Assembly (NCBI GenBank): GCA_965279695.1
Contig: OZ257259.1
Coordinates: forward strand, 3,724,531 to 3,788,530
Length of the DNA: 64,000 nt
Source: Opitutaceae bacterium
GTDB taxonomy: Bacteria; Verrucomicrobiota; Verrucomicrobiia; Opitutales; Opitutaceae
Direction: 5' to 3'
This document shows, one piece after another, positions 57,414 to 64,000 of the stretch. Position 1 is the stretch's first letter. The number at the start of each line of letters is the position of its first letter. Under the pieces are notes generated by a model, which worked only from the letters and a program-made list of their open reading frames with translations, did no database searches and had not been told where the DNA came from. The translations under genes and the position numbers were made by a program.

Positions 57414-58640
57414 CTACGGAGCGGCGGCGACCGCCAGTTGCCCGCAGCCCGCAGCGATATCGATACCGCGTCGCTGGCGCACCGTGCTCGGAATCTGGAA
57501 TTCGGAGGAGAGGATGTGTTGGAAGGCCCGCGCGGCGGCGGTGTGCGTCGGTGCGCCGTCGTAGCCGGCCGTGGGGTTGAGCGGGATGAGGTTCACCTGC
57601 GCCGGCAGGCCGTGGAGCAAATTGCCGACCGCGCGCGCCGTCTCGACGGAATCGTTTTTCCCTTCGATGAGCGTCCACTCGTAGAAAATTTTCCGGCCAG
57701 TCGCTTCGCTGTAGGTGCGGCACGCAGCCAAGAGTTCATCGAGCGGCCACTTTTTCGCCGCGGGCACGAGCGCCGCGCGCTCCGCCTGCGTCGCGGCGTG
57801 CAGCGAGACGGCGAGGTGAAACGCGCGCTTCTCCTGCGCCAGCCGCAAAATCCCCGGCACCACGCCCACCGTGCTGACCGTGATGCGCTCGCCACCGAGG
57901 GCGAGTCCCGCCTCGTCGCGGAGGATATCAACCGCGTGCATCACCGCGTCGTAATTATGGAGCGGCTCGCCCATCCCCATCAGGACAATGTTGCGTAGTC
58001 GCTCGCCGGCTTTGGCCGCCTCGGCGCGCGCGCGCGCTTGTTCGGCCGATGACGTGTAACCCAATAGGTTACACGTTGGCGGATTTGCCGAGGGCGCGGT
58101 GGCTTCGGGCGCATCCGGGGACGTGTAACCTATTGGGTTACACGTGGTGGGTTCGGACGGGCGAAGGACGGGGGTGCGGGAGTCGCGCAGCGCGCGGGCG
58201 ACGTGCACGGCCTGCGCGACGATTTCGCCTGGCGTGAGGTGCCGCGTGTAGCCCATTTGGCCGGTCGCGCAAAACACACAGCCCATCGCACAGCCCACCT
58301 GCGAACTCACGCACGCGGTGACGCGGCCTTTGTAGCGCATGAGCACGGTCTCGATGCGTTCGCCGTCGGCGAGACGAAGGAGATATTTGCGCGTGAAGCC
58401 GTCGGTGGAATCGGTCTCGAGCGCGGTCGGCAGGACGCCGAGGGAGGTTTCCGCGAGGAGGCGGGTGCGAACCTTCGGCGGGAGGTCCGGCATCGCCGCT
58501 TCGGAAAACGACTCGGCGAGCCCGAGGTAGAGGTAGTTCCACAACGTCGCCGCGTGCACCGGCGACAATTCCCACGAAACCAACAGCGCGCGCAGTTGCT
58601 CGCGGGTGAGGTCGTAGAGATTGAGCGGCGCGGCGGACAT
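57414..58640 (-). CDS. rlmN: 23S rRNA (adenine2503-C2)-methyltransferase RlmN (radical SAM), carrying an in-frame ~50-aa insertion
   Basis: The radical-SAM cluster motif is CAMGCVFCATG. The conserved motifs are MGMGEPLHN and GVVPGI. The insertion lies between EIVAQAVHVARAL and RNIVLMGMGEP and encodes TCNPIGYTS...TCNLLGYTS. Confidence 0.85.
   Translation of the reverse strand: MSAAPLNLYDLTREQLRALLVSWELSPVHAATLWNYLYLGLAESFSEAAMPDLPPKVRTRLLAETSLGVLPTALETDSTDGFTRKYLLRLADGERIETVLMRYKGRVTACVSSQVGCAMGCVFCATGQMGYTRHLTPGEIVAQAVHVARALRDSRTPVLRPSEPTTCNPIGYTSPDAPEATAPSANPPTCNLLGYTSSAEQARARAEAAKAGERLRNIVLMGMGEPLHNYDAVMHAVDILRDEAGLALGGERITVSTVGVVPGILRLAQEKRAFHLAVSLHAATQAERAALVPAAKKWPLDELLAACRTYSEATGRKIFYEWTLIEGKNDSVETARAVGNLLHGLPAQVNLIPLNPTAGYDGAPTHTAAARAFQHILSSEFQIPSTVRQRRGIDIAAGCGQLAVAAAP
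58053..58145. repeat. Two inverted copies of a 23-bp palindromic hairpin (cgtgtaacc-caata-ggttacacg at 58053-58075; exact reverse complement at 58122-58144) inside rlmN coding sequence
   Basis: I read these directly from the sequence. Each copy has a 9-bp perfect stem. The second copy equals the reverse complement of the first, so the loop is flipped. Both are in frame, each encoding TCN(P/L)(I/L)GYTS. Confidence 0.85.
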
Positions 58641-58668
58641 GACGGGGCGAAGCGACGCGCGGGCGCGC

Positions 58669-59487
58669 TCAGCGCAGCGACGCGAGGGCGGCGGGGATGG
58701 GGATGGACTGGCGGCGGCGGTCGAGGAAGACGTTGATTTCGGTGTAGCCGGCTTCTTGCAGCGTGCGGAGGGCGCTGGCGTAGCCGTCGGCGACGCGGCC
58801 GGGGCGGTGGGCGTCGGAGCCGAGGACGACGGGGATGCCGCGGGCCTGCATCAGGCGAAGGATGCTCGGGCTCGGGTTGATTTCGCGGATGGCTTTGTTC
58901 GCACCGCTGGTGTTCAGCTCCATCGCCACGCCGGTGGCGGCGATGCGGTCGAGGGCACGCTCGATGAACGGCACGATGCGCTCGAAGTGCCACTCGGTGG
59001 GCGACTCGTTTTTGATGAGATCGGGATGCGCGAGGGTGTCGTAGAGGCCGGTCTCGGCGGAGCGGGCGAGGTGGTCGAAGTAGGTTTGTTGATACTCGAA
59101 CCAGTTGCCGTGGAAGAAGCGCGCGCGGTAGTCAGGGACCTGCGGGTGGACGGAGCCGAGCACGTGGTGGAGCGGGAAGCGGGCGTGGAGTTTTTCGAGC
59201 CACGGTTCGACGCCGGGATAATAATCGCTCTCCAGGCCGAGGCGCACGTCGAGGCGGCCGGCGAATTGTTCGCGGGTGGCGGCGACGAGCTCGACGTAGT
59301 GGTCGTATTGCTCGGGCGTCATGCGCACGGCGTGCGAGATGCGGTCGGGCAGCGGGCAGTGGCAGGTGAAGATGATGCCCTTCAGGCCGCGCGCGAGGGC
59401 CTCGGCGGCGTATTCCACGGGTTCACCGTGCGCGTGTTTGCACAGGGGGGTGTGGCAGTGGGATTCGTAGAGGAGGCGGGTGGGCAC
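58669..59487 (-). CDS. PHP-family histidinol-phosphatase-like metal-dependent phosphoesterase
   Basis: The N-terminal PHP motif is YESHCHTPLCKHAHG. Metal-binding His and Asp residues are distributed through the sequence. It has a GTG start. Confidence 0.7.
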   Translation of the reverse strand: MPTRLLYESHCHTPLCKHAHGEPVEYAAEALARGLKGIIFTCHCPLPDRISHAVRMTPEQYDHYVELVAATREQFAGRLDVRLGLESDYYPGVEPWLEKLHARFPLHHVLGSVHPQVPDYRARFFHGNWFEYQQTYFDHLARSAETGLYDTLAHPDLIKNESPTEWHFERIVPFIERALDRIAATGVAMELNTSGANKAIREINPSPSILRLMQARGIPVVLGSDAHRPGRVADGYASALRTLQEAGYTEINVFLDRRRQSIPIPAALASLR

Positions 59488-59512
59488 GGGTGCGCGGAGC
59501 GGTTTTCGGAAA

Positions 59513-59601
59513 ATCGTTCCTCGTTCTCGTAATCGTTCCTCGTTCTCTCAATCCAACGGGAGGAAGAGAGAACGATTACGAGAACGAGGAACGAGAACGA
59601 T
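59513..59601. repeat. Long imperfect inverted repeat of cgttc(c)tcgttctc-type units (arms ~35 nt, 16-nt loop) in intergenic region
   Basis: The left arm is atcgttcctcgttctcgtaatcgttcctcgttctctc. The right arm is gagagaacgattacgagaacgaggaacgagaacgat. A related direct-repeat motif, gaacgagaacgattaagagaacgagaacgac, recurs at 61647-61680. Confidence 0.7.
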
Positions 59602-59604
59602 TGA

Positions 59605-61032
59605 TCAGAAGAACGTGTAGTATTTCTGCTCGGCAAGGCGCTGGATGAGGAGCGCGAGCTCCATCGCGTGGTAGTCGCCCCACATCGATGATTCGCCGTT
59701 CGGGACCTTTTGGCCCTTCGCAACGTGGTCCCAGCCGTTCGGACGGTGGTAGACACTGTGGAGGAGGAGACCCTGGTGTTTCTTGTCTGTCGAAAGATAG
59801 GGTTCGTCGAAGAGCGTGTCGGCGATGGTGAGGCCGGCTTGGAAGTATTTTTTGCCGGCGGCGGTGTCGCCTTTCGCGGTGAGGTAGGTGCCGAGGCGGA
59901 GGAAGCCTTGCGCGGCGATGGCGGCGGCGGAGCTGTCGACGGGTTCGTGGGCGTTGTAGGGATCGGCGTTTTTCTTGGTGATGTCGCCGAGCTTGTGGCT
60001 GTTGAGCGCCATCGAATCCCAGTAGGGCACGCCGTCTTTGGCAGAGTAGCCGTCGATGTAATAGTCGCTCGTGGCGCGGGCGGTCTCGAGGAAGAGATCC
60101 GTCACGGCGCGGCGGCCGCCGACGGCGTCGAGGTCGGTGCCTTTGACCGTATCCAGGAACTCGAGCTGCTCGGCGTAGCCGGCGATGATCCAGGCGGCGC
60201 CGCGGGTCCAGGTGGTGAACGGCGAGTAACCCTGCTGCGAGGACGGGCAACGGAACTGGCCGTCGTTGCGATTGAAGACCGACTCGTGCGCGACGCGGCC
60301 GCGGACGTCGTAGCTGTCGCGACCGGTGCCGAAGAAGACGTTGAAACGCGCGGTGGTGGCGGCGTGCTCGATGGCGCGGTGGAGGAGATTGGTGGGCTTG
60401 TCGCCCTCACCCATCAGCGCGTGGCCGAGCTGGTGCGCGACGACGAGGGAACGCATGGAGCGGATCGTGTCGGCGAAGAGGGACTGCGGGCCGTTGAAGG
60501 AGTAGACGTAGCCGCTGGGGGCGACGCCACCGGATGCGGGCGAGCCGCCCGCGCTCCCGGGGGACCACGGGGCTTTGGCGTTGGTGGTCGCGTAGCGCGC
60601 GGCTTGGACGGCGCCGGAAACTTTGAGGGCGATTTCGGTGAAGTTCAGCTCGTCCTGGTTGTGCGGGATTTTTCCCTCGAGGATCAGGCGGCGGAGATTG
60701 CCGTAGGTGGAGACGTTGTTGAAGCCGTGGTCGTGCACGCCGACGTGCGAGACGTGGGAGGCCATGAGTTTCACGGTCTTCTCGCGGGCGAGCTTGAGCG
60801 AGGAGGCGTCGCCCGTGGCGTCGAAGTGGAGGAAGCCCATGCCGAACTGGAAGCCCTGGGTCCACTCGGTCCAGCCGCGCGAGGTGTATTTGCCGGCGAC
60901 GGTGAAGACGGGCGTGCCGTTGGCGGGATCCCAAGCGGCGTCGATGGCGCGGATCTTCTGGCCGGCGAGTTCAAAGACGCGCGCGGTTTTTTTGGTGAGG
61001 CGCTGGGGGGTGAGCGTGGCGTTGATTTTCAT
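59605..61032 (-). CDS. Glycoside hydrolase family 88-like (unsaturated glucuronyl hydrolase-type alpha/alpha6 barrel), cytoplasmic
   Basis: The GH88/GH105-like segments are ...GYSPFTTWTRGAAWIIAGYAEQ... and ...WGDYHAMELALL.... There is no signal peptide. The start is moved to MKINATL (61032). Confidence 0.6.
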   Translation of the reverse strand: MKINATLTPQRLTKKTARVFELAGQKIRAIDAAWDPANGTPVFTVAGKYTSRGWTEWTQGFQFGMGFLHFDATGDASSLKLAREKTVKLMASHVSHVGVHDHGFNNVSTYGNLRRLILEGKIPHNQDELNFTEIALKVSGAVQAARYATTNAKAPWSPGSAGGSPASGGVAPSGYVYSFNGPQSLFADTIRSMRSLVVAHQLGHALMGEGDKPTNLLHRAIEHAATTARFNVFFGTGRDSYDVRGRVAHESVFNRNDGQFRCPSSQQGYSPFTTWTRGAAWIIAGYAEQLEFLDTVKGTDLDAVGGRRAVTDLFLETARATSDYYIDGYSAKDGVPYWDSMALNSHKLGDITKKNADPYNAHEPVDSSAAAIAAQGFLRLGTYLTAKGDTAAGKKYFQAGLTIADTLFDEPYLSTDKKHQGLLLHSVYHRPNGWDHVAKGQKVPNGESSMWGDYHAMELALLIQRLAEQKYYTFF

Positions 61033-61299
61033 GGCGTGGGAAGGTGAGGGAAGGCGGAGAAAGAACCACGAAACGCGGGAAACACACGAACGATTTTTAC
61101 GACGTGGGCGGACGGTCAATCGGTGGGCCTGGCGCGCGGCCTGGGGCGCGGAGCAGAGGTCGCGCGGCGGTTACGAGACGATTACGCGGTGGAGCCTCTC
61201 GAAAATGGGCGCTTAAAAAAGCGCCCCTCCGGGTGGAGTGGGCGCTGGTGGCGCGGGTGCGAGGGATGGCCGGTGATTCTGCCCGGCGCGGCAGGACGA

Positions 61300-61557
61300 T
61301 CAGTAATCGTGGAGCGTGATGAGGCCCCAGAAGAGCGTGGTCTTTTTGCCGGAGGGATTGCCGCCACTCATGATTTTCGAGGTGTCGGCATCGACAGTGG
61401 CGGGCGTGATGGGCTCGAAAGAATTGGTGGCCACGGTGACGGCCCCGCCGAGGAGAGTAGTCTCGCGTCCGCCGCTCGCCGTGGTGCGCGTGGCGCAACC
61501 GGAGGAGAACAGGACGGCCGAGGTGAGGGCGGCGAGGAGGAGGAGCTTCGATTTCAT
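61300..61557 (-). CDS. Small lipoprotein (85 aa)
   Basis: It has a signal peptide with the lipobox LFSSGC. It sits in its own small intergenic slot. Confidence 0.5.
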   Translation of the reverse strand: MKSKLLLLAALTSAVLFSSGCATRTTASGGRETTLLGGAVTVATNSFEPITPATVDADTSKIMSGGNPSGKKTTLFWGLITLHDY

Positions 61558-61705
61558 GGGGGACTAAAAGTGAGGCGGTGATGGGACGCTGAGGCGCGGC
61601 GGAAGTTTCGCAAGATTTGGGTGGAGACGGGCAGGGTGGGGGGCTGACGAACGAGAACGATTAAGAGAACGAGAACGACTCTGGGGGTGTGAAAGGAAGG
61701 GGGCG

Positions 61706-62881
61706 TTAGACTTTTAGGGAGGGTTCGTGGCGGAGGAGGGTCGCCTGCCAGGGGAGGAGGTGGTCGTCGATTTGCCGGGGGGCGCGGGCGATTTGCGCGA
61801 GTTGGGAGCGGTTGGCGATGAGGGTGGCCTCGATACCGAGTTTTTGGGCGACGCGGTCGCGGTCGGTCTTGATGCGCTCCTGAAGCTCGATCTCGGCTTG
61901 GCTGAGGGAGACGTGATTGGGATCGCGACCGGGGCGGCGGGGGAGCGTCTTTGGGTCGCGGGCGAGGCCGGCGTGGACGGCGGCGGCGAGCGAGGGGAAG
62001 AGGCGTGAGTGGCGTTTGCCGAGGTCGACGCGCTGAAGAATGGAGGCCTCGGAATCGCCCTGCTCGGCGGCTTCGGCGATCTGGAGGACGAGGGTGTTGC
62101 CGCAGACTTTGAAGGGAGGGGTGTCGATGCGTTGAGCCTGATCTTCGCGCCAGTGCCAGACGGCGTGGAGGACGCCGAGGCCGGCGCCGCGGAGACGTTC
62201 GCTGCGGCCGATGCGCCAATCGGTCTCGGTGGAGGGCGCGAAACCGGTGGATCCGGCGTCGATCTGGGCGCGGCATTGTTGCTCAAGCCAATCGAGGCGG
62301 CCGAGTTTCTTGAGGTCGCGTTTGAGAATGTCACGGAGGGCGGGGAGGTGCCAGACGTCGAGGGCGGCGTAGTTGAGGAGTTTCGGCGTGATGGGACGCT
62401 GGGACCAGTTGGCCTTCTGGCCGGATTTGTCGACGGCGACGCCGAAGTGCTCCTCGAGGAGACCGGCGAGACCGATGCGTTGGCGGCCGAGGAGTTGGGC
62501 AGCGAGCATCGTGTCGAAGATGCTTTTTGGGCGGAAGCCGCAGAGGTCGTGGAGGAGGCGGAGATCGAAATCGCTGCCGTGCATCACGAGGTGTTTCTGC
62601 GCGAGGACGGCGAGGAGCGGCTCGACGTTTAGGCCGGGGGCGAGGACATCGACGAGGTAGACTTCACCGTCGACGAGGAGCTGAAAGAGGCAGACGCGGG
62701 TCTTGTAATGATACATGTTGTCCGCCTCGGTATCGAGGAAGACCTCCTCCACGCGGGCCAGCGCGGTGAGCAGCGGTTGGAGTGAACCGGGCTGGTCGAG
62801 GAGCTGATAGGCGGGCGGACGAGTGGTCACTTTGACGCCGAGCAAACGGCGAACGGGCAGTGGGAGGAAGCGAGAAATCAT
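61706..62881 (-). CDS. rnd: Ribonuclease D (DEDDy 3'-5' exonuclease + HRDC)
   Basis: The Exo I motif is FLDTEADN. The Exo II motif is LVMHGSDFDLRLL. The Exo III motif is YAALDVWHL. It has a C-terminal HRDC-like region. Confidence 0.8.
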   Translation of the reverse strand: MISRFLPLPVRRLLGVKVTTRPPAYQLLDQPGSLQPLLTALARVEEVFLDTEADNMYHYKTRVCLFQLLVDGEVYLVDVLAPGLNVEPLLAVLAQKHLVMHGSDFDLRLLHDLCGFRPKSIFDTMLAAQLLGRQRIGLAGLLEEHFGVAVDKSGQKANWSQRPITPKLLNYAALDVWHLPALRDILKRDLKKLGRLDWLEQQCRAQIDAGSTGFAPSTETDWRIGRSERLRGAGLGVLHAVWHWREDQAQRIDTPPFKVCGNTLVLQIAEAAEQGDSEASILQRVDLGKRHSRLFPSLAAAVHAGLARDPKTLPRRPGRDPNHVSLSQAEIELQERIKTDRDRVAQKLGIEATLIANRSQLAQIARAPRQIDDHLLPWQATLLRHEPSLKV

Positions 62882-62917
62882 GCGTCAGGCTGAGCGGCGG
62901 CAGGAGGCTGCTGCGAA

Positions 62918-63904
62918 TTAAGAGGCGGTTTTGTCCCACGCCGAGAGGAAGGCTTCAACCAACAAAGGAAGATCTTCGCTATAACCTCCTTCAAGAATGG
63001 CGGCGGCGGGAATGGAGCGTGGCGCGGACGAGGCGGCGGCGGAGGCCGGCGCCGGGAGACGCGCTTCGGCGAGCCAACGGCCGAGGGTGGCGAAATCGTC
63101 GCGCTCCAGCGTCATCGAGGTGATGGGATCGCGCGCGTAGGCATCGAAGCCGGCGGAGACGAGGATCAGGTCGGGGCGAAACGCGATGACGGCGTCGAGC
63201 GAGGCGCGGAGGGCGGCCATATGTTGCTCGCGTGGGGTGCGCGGGGCGACGGGCCAGTTGCGAATCTGCGGGCCGAGGTCGCGCGTGCCGGTGCCGGGAT
63301 AGCCGGGGTGTTGGTGGACGGAGGCGAAGAAGAAAGCAGCGCGGGCGCCTGGGGACGAAGCGGCGGACGAGACGAAGTGGTGGAGAATGGCTTCGGTGCC
63401 GTTGCCGTGGTGGGCATCGAAGTCCCACACGGCGACGCGGCGCGTGGGTGCGATGGGTGGTGTGGCGGTGCCGGGGAAATCGTAGGCGGCGTGAACGGCG
63501 GCGAGGGCGATCTGGTTCAAATAACAGAAGCCCATGGCCTGCGTCGCGGTGGCGTGGTGACCGGGAGGACGCATGAGTGAAAAGACGGGCGTGCGGTGCG
63601 CGAGGGCGTGACGCGCGGCGGCGAGCGCGGCGGAGACGGAGCGGCGGGCGTGATCGCCGATGTCGTCGAAAAACGGGGTATCGGCATCGAAGTCGCGGGG
63701 TTGCGCGAGGCGCCGGAGGTGGGCTGGGGCGTGGACGAGCGTGAGCGCGGCATCGGTGATGGATGCGGCGGGCGGGGGCAGACGAAACTCCCAGCCGGGG
63801 CGCGCGGCGCGGAGATGCGCGGCGGTGCGGACGACGCGGGCGGGCTGCTCGGGACGCATCGAAGAGCCGTAGTTGGCGCACTGCGGATCGTGGAGAATGA
63901 GCAT
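62918..63904 (-). CDS. Histone deacetylase superfamily protein (acetoin utilization AcuC / deacetylase-like)
   Basis: The motifs are PGHHA, GFCYLNQIALAAV and DFDAHHGNGT. The start is moved to MLILHDPQ. The track shows an upstream GTG at 63988. Confidence 0.8.
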   Translation of the reverse strand: MLILHDPQCANYGSSMRPEQPARVVRTAAHLRAARPGWEFRLPPPAASITDAALTLVHAPAHLRRLAQPRDFDADTPFFDDIGDHARRSVSAALAAARHALAHRTPVFSLMRPPGHHATATQAMGFCYLNQIALAAVHAAYDFPGTATPPIAPTRRVAVWDFDAHHGNGTEAILHHFVSSAASSPGARAAFFFASVHQHPGYPGTGTRDLGPQIRNWPVAPRTPREQHMAALRASLDAVIAFRPDLILVSAGFDAYARDPITSMTLERDDFATLGRWLAEARLPAPASAAASSAPRSIPAAAILEGGYSEDLPLLVEAFLSAWDKTAS

Positions 63905-64000
63905 GAGGGGAGTGAAAGGCAGAGTGACGGTGAAAGGGAAAGGGAAAGTGAGCGGACAAGGGAAGCGGGCCGGTGGGAGGGCGGTCACTTGCGTTCGCGG

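Noticed and set aside
1-64000. tRNA, rRNA, CRISPR arrays
   Set aside because: I found no array of regularly spaced identical repeats. I saw no conserved T-loop (GGTTCGAATCC-like) motifs or rRNA-like low-coding stretches in intergenic regions. A scan by eye is not exhaustive. tRNAscan and Infernal would be decisive.

Overview
This is a 64 kb window of high-GC (roughly 65-68%) bacterial chromosome that is densely coding on both strands. The gene content suggests a Verrucomicrobia/Opitutae-like organism, but that is inference only. The gene content includes FG-GAP/ASPIC proteins, BNR sialidase-like proteins, a Tat-exported Gfo/Idh/MocA oxidoreductase, Y_Y_Y/LytS-type sensor kinases, and prepilin-type pseudopilins with pilMNOP.

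I support about 50 genes. Reading left to right:
- A partial TonB-receptor / FG-GAP / 2x BNR-sialidase / TonB-receptor operon with a divergent GntR regulator.
- A housekeeping block: an NTP-transferase, an amidohydrolase with an odd disordered N-terminal tail, threonine dehydratase, asparaginase and a TRIC channel.
- A type-IV-pilus-like cluster: pilV/pilW-like pseudopilins, a large PilX-like protein carrying three CBM5/12-like repeats, then pilM-N-O-P-like genes, next to a divergent sigma-54 response regulator and sensor kinase that look like PilR/PilS.
- An HDOD protein and a malic enzyme.
- A roughly 1.1 kb low-GC island with two ORFan genes.
- A flotillin gene bracketed by two copies of a tandem-repeat element, the second copy leading into an IS200/RAYT-like HUH tyrosine-transposase homolog with a C-terminal HTH extension.
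- A HlyD / ABC-ATPase / FtsX-permease (MacAB-like) efflux operon.
- A spermidine-synthase-like membrane fusion protein.
- A secreted NucA nuclease.
- A carbohydrate-active cluster: a beta-helix protein, a FAD oxidoreductase, an esterase, an alpha/alpha-like hypothetical, a GH109-like oxidoreductase and a GH88-like hydrolase.
- Two tandem paralogous Y_Y_Y/LytS-type histidine kinases sharing a near-identical roughly 0.8 kb 3' block, served by a single LytTR response regulator.
- rlmN carrying an in-frame insertion built from two inverted palindromic hairpin repeats.
- A PHP histidinol-phosphatase-like gene, a small lipoprotein, RNase D and an HDAC-family deacetylase.

I did not recognise any rRNA, tRNA or CRISPR array. 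Many long ORFs in the six-frame track are antisense shadows of real genes, which is typical of high-GC DNA, and I rejected them. The track marks GTG and TTG starts as M. Several real starts were moved inward to signal peptides or conserved N-termini. Coordinates I derived by hand, mainly repeats, may be off by 1-2 nt.
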